DNA of 58,471 nt, the filler included, from Sphacelaria rigidula (Eukaryota): NCBI GenBank assembly GCA_964200075.2. It is 10 parts of 10 records of this genome, joined end to end, with 100 filler letters (N's around TTAATTAATTAA, not from the genome) between each part and the next. Parts side by side here need not be neighbours in the genome. Positions count along the whole stretch, not along the records: positions 35,145 to 40,901 come from CAXNAA020024684.1; positions 41,002 to 46,758 come from CAXNAA020024685.1; positions 46,859 to 52,615 come from CAXNAA020024686.1; 7 more parts are not named here. One strand, given 5' to 3'. Within the stretch, counting starts at the first letter, position 1, and the number at the start of each line of letters is the position of its first letter. Shown piece by piece: positions 36,599 to 50,150 of the stretch. Made by a program: the position numbers and the translations under genes. The notes beneath the pieces were generated by a model. That model was given only the letters and a program-made list of their open reading frames with translations, had not been told where the DNA came from and did not search any database.

Positions 36599-39070
36599 AC
36601 AGACACCCTACCGTCAAGCAGAAACGAGACAGGAAAAACACAGACCGTAGTCGTACGAGTACATGTGCATTCCATGGCGAAGATACTATTAATCGTAACC
36701 TGTACTCCAAGATAGTGATGTACTGCGCTGGGCTGCTTGTACCTACCCCTGAATACCAAGTACGAGTACAGTATCGTCGGACTTTTCCATTGTATTTTTC
36801 AGTACTCACCCTCTCGGCTTCTCACCTCTTCGTGCGGAAGGAACGAGACGAGCTCGAGGAGAGCGTCTGCAGGAAACAAACCATCATGAGCGGGGCCGCC
36901 GACGTTACAGTCAGCGGCCCCTCGCATTCCAGCCTTGGTGACGGGCATCGTGCTCCGCGCCATCTTAGTCTTGAAATGGTGAAAAAAAGACTTGACACGC
37001 GTTGGTTTCTTGGTGAGAGGCCGGGCCCTCTACACTTCGATGAGCTGCAGTCGGCAGAACTGCAACCTGTACCGTGTGGGATAATAAAGCAAGTCTGCGA
37101 TACAAAACTGGACCGTGGCAATACGAGGGCATATCAAACGCAGCAGTGAGAGGGGGGCAAGAGGGGCAAGTTGGTAAGCACGGTACTGGACAGCGCTATA
37201 TGTGTGTATGTGTGTGTATGTTCAATGTTCTGGCTTCTCTTCATGAGCCAGCTGCCTGGACGATGATTGCACATAGTATGCGCATCAAGTTCGATATCTC
37301 GACCATCGCCGACGATATTCTTCACGAGTCATTGAATAGATGGAGCACGTGTCGACTTTTTCATGGAATGCCACAAGAGCTAAAAAAAGCACAATGCAAC
37401 CATCATCACATGGAAGGAATCCACCACGAGTGCCGCTGCGCCGAGCAACCAGGTTACTCTTAGCCATACTGGCTATATGTGTATGCCCATGGTTCAACCG
37501 AGCGTCGAATTACTTCAAGGAAAACTGCAATACGGAGAACACAGTGAGTGCAACACACAGCACGTTCGTAGTGCAAGACCGACCGTTCAGCTGCCTACAG
37601 TTGTAAAGTGCAGATGTTAGTAGCAACTTACTTGCGTATAATCAGCACGCCTAGCTGAGCTTTTTGATGAAGTCGGGGGAGAGGAAGCAAGAAGAGAAGC
37701 AGTGGAGACAAGGTGGGGATAATAAAGTGACAGACGCTGTTTATGGGGAAGATCATGGTAAAAAAAATGTGAAAAGTTGAACTTTGAAAGAATTCAGCCA
37801 ATGAGAGGCGTCCGAAAAGGTTTCCAATATTCTGTTTAAGGCGTTTGCGAAAACCAGGGGTTCATAGGGATAATATGGGTGATAGTGTCTAACATTACGG
37901 CAGTACAATCCGCATTATAGCCGTCCCCAGGGGATGGGGTCTCTACTGTTTGGTAAGGCTTGGAAAAAGCGCAGCCAGCCAGTATATTTTTTTATATTAG
38001 CTGCGCCAGGACCCAGTACTGAATATTCTGTATATCCTATCGGTAACGTGGGTCCGCCGCTTCGCCCCCCTCCGGCTGGTGAGGGGGCCCTGCAGGAGGC
38101 GTTTTTGTATGCGATTTGATCTTTCTATAGTAGGAGAATACTACCTTTTCCAAGGCAGCCTTTGGGTGACGAGTACTGTAATCGATTTTGATCCACTTGG
38201 TTCAATAAAAATGAAACAAGTACGATGAAGTACTACTGTAGAAAACGAGGTAGGAAATATAAAACATTGAAAGAACTTGACCTGCTGCGACGCCTAATGA
38301 ATTAATTGGTCAGGACCCGTCGATCCAGTGAGTGGTGCAACTTCTTTTCACTTTCATTTGCACAGCCGAACTCCATCCGAGATTCGGCAGCAAGGCTTTG
38401 TTCTTCTGCTTCCCTCACTATGATTCGATATATTGAGTTTTTAGGTATTATCTCAAATTCGGGATCTATTTCCCGTGCTGGATCTCGGTCAGTTGGGACT
38501 GATAGTCAACCATATCATCCATTAAACGAGTGGGGGCACACGTGAGCGGAGTTTTTTATATACATCACTTACTTGTCAGCATCTAGAATCTTCCCACAAA
38601 TGAGCCTGTGCGAGATCCTGTGTATGTGTACCAGCAAGAAACCAGTGCATTGTGCCTGTTCTTCTTTTCTATCTATATAGTGTGAGTTGGATATGTCGAT
38701 GCATCATCAGCCCCGGCTGGTATTTGACCCCGCCATCGTTCATTGATTCACAAATAAATGTGTGTACTCTCAGGTAGAAAGGCCACCAGCGAACAGGCTC
38801 TTATTCTTGGCGCCTGCTACAGTCCTTGTAGCACAATATCACTACATACAGCCAGTTTATTCGATTTTCCTCGCACACTCAACCCATTATAAAAACCTCA
38901 CTCACGTCTGTCTCTTCCATCTCCTCTCATTCGGGCGGTTCATGCAAAACGGTTATTTACCAGTGAGCTCAGTTCCACCACTCGTACATCCCGAGGATCT
39001 ACTCTATTCATGAGCTACATGCATCTCCACACTACCATCCCCATCCTGTTGTTGCCGAATGTGTTCTGTA

Positions 39071-40074
39071 CGAGCTGGGCCAGCCTCAAAACGGATTCAT
39101 GCTCTAAAAGCAATATCACACGAGTTGGGCCGTGATCCGCATATATATCGTATTAATCGTCTAATCAAGGGCAAGGTGCCCGTCTGCTCAAAAGTCTGGG
39201 CCCATATTTTCTCGTTGATTAAACCCCATGTCTAGTGATTCCTATACCTAAGAAGGGAGATAGCGCCAATACTAGAATCGCTATGAAACTCCCGATCGAT
39301 GCATTTTTTAGCGGATGGCGACGAATTTTGGTGTGGAGAACCACAAAAGAGTGCCGAATAAAACAAAATTGGGCCTCAATTTTGTTTTTCTCGTAGAGGT
39401 TAGGGCGTTCTCGTGAAGAAATGGTCTTTACCATAATAGTAGAACGCCCTAAAAAACCAGTGAAAAAAAATGAAAGAAGCAACCTGATCCACTTTGTTCT
39501 GTTAATTATGCGCTTCGAGAGCGTCCACCCAAAATTTCAATACACGAAAACCAAACATGGGCCAGTGACTGGCCTGCGAAATACTGTTCCGAATTTCTAC
39601 CGACCCGGCTTTCTAAAGGCCCATGCTCCCGCCAATATTTAGGGTTGGACCCTGAAATTTGGTATGGACAATGCATAGGGCATGAAAAAAAAATTATCGG
39701 CACCATTTTTTTTTTTCATGAGTTAAGGGCAATAATCAGTTTTCAGGTATCAGTAAAATGGCCTTAACTCATGAAAAAATAAAATATAAACNNNNNNNNN
39801 TATGGGCAATGCATAGGGCATGGAAAAAAAAATTACATCGGCACCATTTTTTATTCTTTATTTGTTCATAAGTTAGGGGCAATAATCAGTTTTCAGGTAT
39901 CAGTAAAATGCCCTTAACTCATGAAAACAAATAATATAAAACTTTTGGTGCCCATGTAATCCTTTTTTTCACGCCCTATTCGTTGTCCATACCAAATTTG
40001 AGGGTCCAACTCTAAGTATTGGCGGGAGCATGGGCCTGCAAACCTCGAATCCGCCTCTAGGCTGGCCCAGCTCG
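39071..40074. mobile_element. Non-autonomous TIR element, TA-flanked (Tc1/mariner-like)
   Basis: Left TA|CGAGCTGGGCCAGCCT...CGGATTC, right GAATCCG...AGGCTGGCCCAGCTCG|TG. The same terminus follows TA at 22211 and 58238. Internal foldback ~39618-39740 / 39900-40037 and a 9-N gap at 39792-39800. The two ends could belong to different copies. Confidence 0.6.
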
Positions 40075-41987
40075 TGTGACGATGGTCGTTTTCATCTACA
40101 TGATGATTGTTTTTGTCTATCTGCTCGTCTCCGTCCAGGGTTCGAGATACTACTACTACTGTGCTTGCCTGCTGATGATGTTGAAGAGAGTGCATAAAGA
40201 TATAACAACAGTTGTCGCATGTCGGTTTCTTGTCTTCCTCATCGCTATATCGACACCTCGGCCATCGCGGCGTATTCATCAGCTGCTGATAACCGCTTGG
40301 GATCACCGCCGGTCATCGAGGTTATCTTGGAATACATATAATGTCTTCGTGTCATGTCCCATGTGGTCTATTATAGGTTTTCTCCAACTTTCGTTATACC
40401 GCTCTGTTATCTATTGTTCTATCACTCTGACAGCGCACGTCGCCGGGAGGCGCTCGTTCTACGTTGCGGTGAGTAAATTGTCAGCTCATTTGAGCGTCGA
40501 AGAATGCGCTGGATAAGCGTTCTTGTGAGATCGTGCTCCCTCTTGGCAGTGCATAATAGATGTGACCGTGAGCAGGGCCTGATCACCGGCCAGAAGAAAG
40601 AGGATCGCCTGTTGAGAGTCCTTTATATTTGTCTGAGTTTGTTGAAGGGATGTCCATCTGCAGCGAGGTCCACCAGCGTTTCCTCCAATTGCTCTTCTAG
40701 TTGCCTACTACCGGTCGTTATGCGGTAATGTCGGCATTTCTTTCCCCAAGACGCCGAACCCCTCTTTCGGTTCGTCACTCACCGTAAATAAACACCTGGT
40801 AACAGTGGATTCTCGAAAATAGGGTTAAAAAAAATGAGGTTCGACTCAGAAGCCGTGCTTTCCCTGACCTAAATTCATGACAAATGACTTTCATATGGAC
40901 CNNNNNNNNNNNNNNNNNNNNNNNNNNNNNNNNNNNNNNNNNNNNTTAATTAATTAANNNNNNNNNNNNNNNNNNNNNNNNNNNNNNNNNNNNNNNNNNN
41001 NGTTTCCCCGTAGGAATGTCGGGGGAAAACGTGCATTCGCATGGAACATAACTTTTGGCCCCCCCCCCCCCCCCTCCCCCCGTGTTGATTTATGTTGTGC
41101 TATGCTGTGACTGAGTTGTTCCGCATGTGCGGGTTTCCACTGCCGTGTCGGAAATATGGAGTGCCGTGTACAGTACATGTGCCGCTAAGCATCAGTACGG
41201 CTGCGTTGCAGGCGATAGATGTGGGTATCTACCACACTGCTGTACGGCCACGCCTCTTTCTTGTTTTTTCAAAGGCCTCTCTGGAGTTGGTTGTGAAAAG
41301 CAAGGCGTTTGTCAAGCGAGTCACTTGCGCGTCAGTCGGCCGTAGCGTGCACGATAAGCTCTGTGCTGTACGGTACCAGCTACCAGCTCACCCCTCAGTG
41401 ATACCACTATGCTAACCCACATCACAGTCAGGAGGGCTCGCAACGTCTGCCTCTGGAGCACATGCCTCTCTCTGCCCCCCCTCTCTTCCCCCCTAGGGGG
41501 GGATACGAGTGAAGGGACAAAATGGCGTTTTGTCAAGAACGTTCGCAACCCTGTGCTGGCGGCCAAGCGTTTGACTGAACCTTCCTACGGGAGCAACAGG
41601 CTGTTGAGGAAAGTGTCTTCCTGTTTTTGCCCTTCCCTACGTTCTTCAAGGGCGTGGTCGTGTGTCAAAAGTGGCGGGCAGAGATAAATGCCCTCAAGTC
41701 AGGGGTATTCAGAAGGAAAAACAAAACAGACCCTCCTCCCCCTGGTGGGCCCGGAAAGATTTTTTTTCCTTCTGAAACACACCTTTTGTTGGTGGACGAA
41801 TTGGACAAGTTGACAGCTTTATGTCGTAGCCATCTATCTCGCGAGGATTCAGCGCGCTGTTGCAGTTCGATTGTGATGTATTACGATGCATCACCGCATC
41901 TACGAAACAGTTGCGCAATGCTCGCGTGTCGTCGAGAGAGATAATCTCGCCGCGTTTTCGAACTTTCAATTTTTCAATTTCAAACAC

Positions 41988-42345
41988 GCCCCAGTGGCTC
42001 AGTTGGTAACCTCGAAACCTTCTGGTGATCGGGTCGTGGGTTCAAATGTCGGGGTGATCTAGGATTTTTTCTCACACCATGCCTAACAGTGAAGAGAGCG
42101 ACTGTGTCGTGGGTACACAAAGATTGACTTGGTGGTCGACAAGGAAAAGGGATCGCTGACCCCCTCTCGCGATAATGAATAAAGGCAAGCACCGCAGAAG
42201 GAAGGTGGAGTACTAAAATCAAACAAATGGGAAAAAAACTCCTAGGTTGACCTTCCTCCTGTGTGACCCCGGCTGGTCCGCCCACATGTACCGACAGGGG
42301 TAGACCGGCGTCCAGAATAGATGGGACGACAACACACACATACAC
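41988..42345 (+). mobile_element. tRNA-derived SINE
   Basis: Head with A box TGGCTCAGTTGG and B box GGTTCAAAT, no full cloverleaf, unrelated body, (AC)n tail. Confidence 0.7.
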
Positions 42346-43349
42346 TCTCTTTTGCCCAAGCAGCCGTACTCAGTTCTCGTAGAACATCAAGTAGCCTGCC
42401 CCAGCTGTTCTAATATCGAGTAACTCGGTTCATCTACACTCAGTTCAAGTAGCTTGCCTTAGCTAGTCTGGGACGGAATGACTGGCTTCACCCTTACTAA
42501 GTTCCGGTAACTTGCCTCGCCGACTCTTGGATCAAGTGACTTGCGTTGAATATGAATAAGTGTAGAAATATAGCTATTTGGGGATTTGTATGCTCCCTGC
42601 CTCCCACCCCCCTGGAGGGCGGAAAATGACGAACCGAGGGTATCGACACGGCTTATACATAGATATAGATATATACCCCTGTTTGGGTTGCTGTACAGCT
42701 TGGGTCGTGCCCAGGTGGCCATATTTTTCATGTTGACATTTTCGAGAAGGGGTTATGCCGTACGTTCAGAACCCACGTCTCAGACAACAGAAAAAGAAGT
42801 GCGAGATAAGCACTATGCATGTTTCATGCGTTTTGATGCTCTTGACTGGCCTCGGGTCCAGGCCTTGATGGTGTCTCTAGAATATTAAGAAGCATTTCAC
42901 AAGTGAAAGGTTTTATACCCAAAGTAGTGGGGTCGTCGTGGATCAGCCGCAATATGTTCTCACGGCCTTTTGTTTTCTACGGTTGATTGGGTATGGCTGT
43001 GGTTCCTGCGCGCAAGACCTTCACACCTCCCACCGAAGCCATGTGGCAGTGGCCGGCCATCTCCATTTATTTACTTCTTCCCTTTATTTTTTCTTATTTT
43101 CCAAATCCCTTTTTTTCTTTTTTCTTCATCTGCTCTGCTTAACTGTTTGTTCTTGTGTTCTGTATTTCTGGTTCCTTTAACGAACGGGTGTCTACAGTTT
43201 TGCTTCCTGTCTCGGGTACGTACGTCTATCATGCGGATCATGACCGCGACTGGATCATGACTCCCGGGGGATCAGTGAGAGTGCGACAATTGATTAATCA
43301 AATGAAATGGAAGCACTCCACCGCATGCCGTTGTACCTTCGTTGCGCAG

Positions 43350-43459
43350 GCCGTCGTGGATGTGCTGTTAACCCTGGCAAGCGAGGTATTAGCAGAGCAA
43401 GACGTTCCATGGACGGATGTACTTGGGATCGGGATCTCGTGCCCGGGACAAATCAACAG
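43350..43459 (+). CDS. ROK-family sugar kinase (glucokinase / N-acetylmannosamine-kinase-like), single internal exon
   Basis: gcgcag|GCC...AG|gtaatc, 110 bp. AVVDVLLTLASEVL...VLGIGISCPGQIN matches the ROK GIG+..PG.+ motif. Confidence 0.7.
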
Positions 43460-43668
43460 GTAATCAATCCCCTGTTGATTTCAACTGTACTGTTGATGGT
43501 TAATGGTGAATACTACTGTGTGTTCTCTTACCCTACACTGTGTGTCTGTTGTACCTTTTCTGTTCTTCATTTTTTTTCGGCGAGTGTGTCAGTTTCGTTT
43601 TTTATCGGGTACGTCTATCATGTGGATAATGACAATGGCTGGATCATGACCCCTGAGGGATCAGTTAA

Positions 43669-43854
43669 CCCTTTGACCGCCAGGGTAGGTCACGTACGGA
43701 ATCGGCGTCAAATGTAACTTTTGAAAAGTATATGTGATCCAGATGGGCTACCCGCGTCGCGGTTTAAGGGTTAACCACCTCCTGAATCGGCATCAACTTC
43801 ACTTGAAAAAAGTATGCGTGATCCAGGTGGGCTACCCGCATCGCGGTGTAAGGG
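43669..43854. mobile_element. TTAA-flanked piggyBac-like MITE (43669-43770) plus a partial second copy (43775-43854)
   Basis: TTAA|CCCTTTGACCGC...GCGGTTTAAGGG|TTAA. Removing both copies restores CAGTTAAAGTGCGAC, the uninterrupted sequence in the copy at 47283-47348 (-). Confidence 0.8.
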
Positions 43855-43999
43855 TTAAAGTGCGACAGTCAGTCAATCAATCAACCTGTGGTCGGTGGGT
43901 AAACATGGCCGTCGATCCGCTGACTAAATTTCTCACAGACTGTCCGTGATGAATGAGTGAAAATATTCATTATGTTGGGGTATATATATAACGCTGACT

Positions 44000-44360
44000 T
44001 TCCCTTGTCCCAAAAACAGAATTCAACCGACCGTCCGACCAATTAATTAATTTGTTAGTTAATTATTTATTGTATTTCCCTTGTCCAGAAAATAAAATCC
44101 AACCAACCATCCGACCATCCATCCTCAAATAATCTCTGATTCATTAATTATTTAATTAATTTTTATTCATATGTTATATATGTAAAAAGTGTAGAAACTA
44201 ATTCTTCGGTTGGTGAGTTGGGCTGGATTATTGTTTTTAGACTAGGGAAAAACAAGAATAAGGATAATAATAATCTAACATTTTATTAATTAATTGTTCA
44301 AAGACTGTTTGAGGATGGATGGTTGGTTGGGGTTGAATTTCATTTTTTGGATAAGGAAAA
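44000..44360. repeat. AT-rich foldback / MITE-like element
   Basis: TTCCCTTGTCC...CAACC...CCATCCATCCTCAAA is mirrored by TTTGAGGATGGATGG...TTTTTGGATAAGGAAA. Confidence 0.65.
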
Positions 44361-45150
44361 GACAAAATATTATCATACTGTGTTCAAGTTTTTTTTTTTT
44401 TGTCGTGCGTGTGTTTTCGTGCGTGGCATGTGATGTTCTGTCCTGTCCTGTCCGTGATCCATGGTGATCTAAGGTGATATTTGTGAACAGAGACAGTAAC
44501 GTATGCTACATATATAGGCACACATGCAATATGATCAAGACACTATATTCTATGTAACCATTGCCCACATTTTGAACCGTTCAGATCCCAAGCGACCACT
44601 GTACGCACGGCTGACCACCGCAGTTTCACAACATGTATACTTATTATTCTATTTTCCTTTGTCCACCTATCGTTTGTTCACCAATGGCACACAATCCCAC
44701 CACGCCAGGGTGGTCCAAATAAAAATGGTATATTACTGGCCAGTCAGGGCGAAAGGTTGCGAATTCGACTTCCGACAGATTCGATTTTTTCTAGGGAGTA
44801 TATAAACGGGGCCCTATTTTTTTCACGAAATCTCCGAATTTTTGGAGGGAGGAAAAAGAAGAACTCCGAATATTGTGAGAGCAGATCCACAGGACCATGT
44901 GAGGCAAGAGATGAATTTGAGACGGAAAATTTATCTCAAAATCTAGCGTTGGATTTTCCTCAGCACTTCTGGCAAATCTCCAAGGGAGAATTCGGAGTGG
45001 GCGGGGGGAGCATCCATTTTGGGGGGAAACGTACAACGAAAATTGCATGAAAAATGCCTTGTTTGATAACACACTGCAAAGTCTGGGTTCCGTCGCTGAA
45101 AACGTGACGTCGCGAGTTTTTTATTGTTATTATTATTATATCATTATCAT

Positions 45151-45192
<42 letters not shown>

Positions 45193-45611
45193 TATTATAT
45201 CCGTCACATTAGCTCGATCTCTCGAACCCGTGGTCACAGAGTGCAAGGAGCATACCATCAATATACCCATAAACCAAAACAGCCCGCAGAAAGAGGCAAG
45301 AAACAAAACATCTACACGAGAAAAGGGCACCCACACTACTCGTTCGACAGATCCGTATGATACCGATTGAACTACAGGAGACCTACTTGTACTGAAATCA
45401 GTCCCCGCGTGTGACCTCTTCGACTACTTTGCCACGTACTGGTGGTCACGATCGAAAATATTGAATTATTCAAGGGGGTGTTATATCGCGCCACTTATGC
45501 TACGTCTGAGAGCTCGTCGAAAGGTTTTTGGGGTGTCCGACCAGTGCCAGGACCCCATTGCTTGCACGAATTTGAAAAAAATGTGCCCTTCCGCCGGACT
45601 ACTATGTGCCG

Positions 45612-45685
45612 CCGCTCCGCGGTGGTGTAATGGTGCGACTGTCGCCGTTAGGGTGGAGAGGGCAAGGGTTCGATTCCCGATGCAT
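45612..45685 (+). mobile_element. tRNA-like SINE head (Pol III A/B boxes)
   Basis: TGGTGTAATGG and GGTTCGATTCCC with no recognisable anticodon arm. Similar B-box remnant at ~22535-22600. Confidence 0.45.
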
Positions 45686-48600
45686 CAGTTTTCTCTGTAG
45701 TATCTGATTCGCCAATCCGCGTTTGTTTGAGGAGAGTTGACAAGGAGCGGTAGTAGTGCTTACTGTCATAAAGAGGGAGCTAGCTAATGCAGTGGCTGGG
45801 GTCTATCAGTATGAGTGCCAGGAGATACCATGGTGTCAGCCTCACCAAGCTCCCTCGTGGGCAAACTCACACAGACCTAGCTATCCTCCCTTGACTTATC
45901 ACAATGTAGATTTATTCATGTTCAGAATCCTGATAAGGAACTCACGTGTTTGCTTAGCATCATGTTTTATCTACAAGCAGCTCTCTTACTCAGTACAGCC
46001 GCAGGGCAGCCATAGAACCAGAGCGTAGTGATGGCCCAGGGTAGACCACGGCAAGGGCAGCAACTGATCAAGAAAGGGCGCCGCTGCGAGGCCGCGGCTA
46101 AACAACCCTAACTCATGACAGTAGCAAACGCGATAACAACACGTCACGGAATCCAGGGTCTACGAGCAGACCCGCACAGAGTATATCTTGCAACGCCTCT
46201 GAGCTCCATCACACGATCACGCTAACTAGCCGATCGTTCTCCAGTCTAACTGAGATCCCGGGAAAACGACAGCGACCATACTTGTGTGCTGTTTCTGTCG
46301 TTGGAAAGGGCGTTGTAGATTTTTTCCTTTCCTAACGGATGGAGTTTTCCCCTGCTTATCAGGGTTTACCTATTCATTAGATCTGCAACGACTTTTACCC
46401 AGTACTGTAATTCAGCAGGTTTTTCTCGTTATGCTTTCAGGCGTATGATGCACAAGCTTTGACTTTGTTCTGGCCTTTCCAGCCTTCCGAAACATTTTTG
46501 TCGAGCCATATGAATATGGCTGAGCGAATGTTACAGAATAATTGGTCGTTGTCCAGTCGATTAGGCTCCCATGTGTCATACTCTGTCATGCCTGGTATCT
46601 GATGGGTCATACTCCATTGTGGTTGGATCGAACCGGCTGCCCCAAGGGGCCCTACAGACTGGAAAACGGTGTTCACCCCCCAATTTCCCGAAAACCTCAT
46701 TCTGGGCGACCGGGGGGGGGGGGGGGGGGCCCCCTTTTGGGGGGGGGGGTCCCCCCCCNNNNNNNNNNNNNNNNNNNNNNNNNNNNNNNNNNNNNNNNNN
46801 NNTTAATTAATTAANNNNNNNNNNNNNNNNNNNNNNNNNNNNNNNNNNNNNNNNNNNNATTGCGCTGAAGAAGTATCTACGCGATCAAGGGGCATTAGGC
46901 CGACAAAAACGTCATTGGGCACCATCGATGTGATCGGATCATCCAAATTCCTTCGAGTAGTTTTTTCACCCAACATGTCGGTTATCCGCATCCAAAATTT
47001 CATGGCGTATACTAGTTGTCAATAGCAACCAGTGGGTGAAGGAGTGGAAATATATTTCGAAATATTGATGTGGATACAAAGATTCATCTCTCTGGGTTTT
47101 CATCCTCGATAAAAACTCATCTCCAATTTGTGAAATCCCGTGTTCGGTGGAAGATGGAAAGTGGATCGAAATTTTCCTCAAGAATCCCCATCGTTGAGAA
47201 ACGGTCATCCATCAGAATCATGAAATTGCAGGTCGATTGATAATTCCAACTGTCAAAAGACAGACGCTGATACATATATTTTTAATTGATTGTCGCACTT
47301 TAACTGACCCCCCATGGGTCCAGCCGTGGTTTCATGATAGACGTACGCAAGAAAAACGAGACTGAAACACGCTCCGAGAAAAAGAAGGAACGGAAGAAAA
47401 AAATGAGGGGTTGAACAGAACAACATAGCAGACCAAGACGTAACAAAAAAAAGGTAAAAAAAAAGTCAACACAAGCAAAGCACAGAAGGAAATGGCCGAC
47501 CTAAAATAAGAAAAAAAAAAGAAAAAAAAGAGGAAAGTACGGAGCAAAAACACAAAAATAATGAAACGATGGGAAAAAAAAAAACGCTAGATGAAGGTTT
47601 TAGTGGTGGTGCAGCTGAAACCTCGTTGCATGATTTTGCGGTCGGGGAGGGTCCTCCAGCAGACTGGACTGCAACTGCAGCCTGGCAGGACATTTCCACG
47701 ACTGACTGGAGCTCCATCTTTTCCTCCATGTCGTTGATGTCATCGTGCCATCAGACGCCTGAGGTTCTTGGTAAATGGAGCAGGAATCGCGGACGCCCGC
47801 CCATCGCCTCAGATGGTACCATGTAGTAGTGGACCGGCCAGCTTCTGGGGGGCCACCTTCACACCATTACAACCGACTGCGGGTACAAAGCGAACTGCTT
47901 CCTTGCGTACAGCACTAGTTTCCAAGTATTTCGTTGTCACCCACTATCCAGCGGTTACGATGTGAGAAGCAACTGTTGCTCGTTGACAGCGATGGATGGC
48001 AGAGGAAAATCCGATACCTATTGTAAATACAGAGCTCTTCGCACAGTAGCCGCCCGTAGATCAAAGCCAAAAGCGGATCCACCAAACGAGCCGATTACGG
48101 CGCTTCGCACGCAAGCCGGCCCTGGAATTGCAACACTTGGCCACGGCTTTCGCTGCGCTTGTCCGATCAACGCACACTACTGCAGGCTTTCTCCGCGTCG
48201 GGGCGTTTCCCAACACTTCCCTTCGAAGGAAACACCTACATAGGGCTGTCCGTCAGTGACCCCAGGAAATCACCATACTACACGTTCGATTGCCTTCGCG
48301 CAGTTGGGCCGAGAATTTCTCGGCAGCGAACGATCGAATCTTACCGTATCGAACGCTCAAGATACAGTACTAGGCAACCGCCTTGCCATACAACCCCCAC
48401 TCTTTGCCGTTGCTGTACAATGAACTCTGCGGGCTAACATATCTGCTCATGCCACTATGCTACTGCTGTACTGACGGGCGCACAAGAGATGGGTAGAAAA
48501 GACAACGACAAAAAACTAACAAAAATTATCCCTGTGCTGCCCTATCGCCCCACCGAGCGTATGGTGAGGCTTGGACTCTTCACCCCACCCAAATCGAAGT

Positions 48601-49902
48601 ATCACACAAAATCCCCAGAACAACAAACAACAACGTGCCAACCAGTCAGATGTAACCAGGACGGACATGCACAGGCGAGTACCGACCGCCCGCGTAACGC
48701 TCCGCTCAGAAACAAACCGGAGTGTTCCAACACCCGCCTGCGATACCCCCGCCGACCCCCTTCAAAAAAAAAAAAGCTGGTTGTCCGTCACCCTGAACTC
48801 AAAGATGATCAGACACCGCAACCACAACATTCCCCCCGAACTCCAAGTACTATCTAGCTGACGGGGGGACAGCCAGGTGGACCTGTATGGCCTTCTTGAG
48901 GATGCCTGCATGCATGACCCAATCAAGACATCAAATATCGGACCAATACACGGGTGCACACGGAAGGAGCAGCACGGCATGGCGGAGGCAACACGAGAAG
49001 GGGGAGGGTGGGAGGTGGAGGGAAAACGTCAACCGGAGACTCGCCGAAACAATGAACAGACGCCAAGTTGCTCACGTGTGTTACGCGTCGTGAAAACACA
49101 AGATACATGACCCGCTCACAAGAACATCATTCATGTCAAGGTGAAGGTCGTACTACAGTATAGTACAGCTCGGACCGTGAAGCAAAGGTGACCGATTCAC
49201 CATGTCGTCAAATGACGCCAGCAACATCTCCCCGAGTGAAAAGAATTATCGTAAGGACATGACCGACTTTTCTTCCATCTGCTAAGCGAACTATTTAGCT
49301 TCACAAGCGTGTCTGCATACGAGGAAACGGCAAACGCATGAAAATAAAACAAAAACATAGAGAGCTTGTCGAGAGTGTTGTTTTGTGTGTTCGGCAATAT
49401 AATGACACGAGCTTTTCCAGCCGAGATTGCGACTCGATGCATTGCCGTCCGAGTGTTATACGGCAACAAAATGAGCGTTCTTTCAGTCGAGAATGGCACT
49501 CAATCCATTGCTCGCTCATCCCATTTCGAGTGGATAATCTCATCTGTAAAGTGGTCCAGAAACCGGAAATTGTTGATCCTCGAGTACACCATCACTCGCC
49601 CCTAAATAGCGCCCATTATCCCTCAATCTCCCCGATGCTTTTTCAGATATTGATACGCACAGAGCCTCCTGCTCAAGACGCCACTGGAGACAAGGACACT
49701 TTCGAGTTAGAAGCTTTGAAAAAAAAAACTCTCCGTCACGCTTGTATTCATCCTGCACATCGTCTCCTGGGCTCAAGCTCCGTACGCATCGTATATACCT
49801 CGCCTGAAAAAATCATGCTTTGTCGCCTGCTATTTGCATTTCAAATTAAAAGTCATTGTGCACGTGGTACGGCAGCAGCAAATCCAAGCAAATGATTTTG
49901 TG

Positions 49903-49935
<33 letters not shown>

Positions 49936-49978
49936 ACACGACCATTTCATTCGAACGCGCCAACAATCATTTCCGCAC

Positions 49979-50150
49979 CTGATATTGTCGACGCCGCATC
50001 CTGCTCCTTAGCCGCGGCATCGTTAAGCACAGATTTGTTAACTTCTTTTTTTCTCTCGCCCATGCTGTAAATATCTTCATCCACTGTACCCTGGGCAACC
50101 ATTTTAATCACGGTCACCGGTTTCGTCTGTCCAATCCGGTGGCATCGATC
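49979..50150 (-). CDS. SMARCAD1: SMARCAD1/Fun30-type SNF2 helicase, motif VI exon
   Basis: gaacag|GAT: DRCHRIGQTKPVTVIKMVAQGTVDEDIY. The 3' end is either the donor G|gtgcgg at 49979 or read-through to a TGA near 49947. Missed by the ORF track. Confidence 0.85.

Noticed and set aside
35974..37149. 261-aa (-) and 223-aa (+) ORFs
   Set aside because: Overlapping, extended by a stop-free pentanucleotide microsatellite, no recognisable domain. The part after 36886 could be a TE or gene relic but I cannot support a call.
39660..39940. Direct duplication around a 9-N gap
   Set aside because: May be an unmerged scaffold overlap inside a repeat; cannot be trusted without reads.
41988..42060. tRNA gene (also 45612-45685 and 22535-22600)
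   Set aside because: A/B boxes only, no full cloverleaf; treated as SINE heads.
46437..46700. EYDTWEP chromodomain-like peptide
   Set aside because: Seven-residue match only; no flanking integrase, PPT or LTR confirmed.
47466..47830. Possible further helicase exon (MEEKMELQSVVE...)
   Set aside because: No family similarity and no convincing splice sites or phase match.
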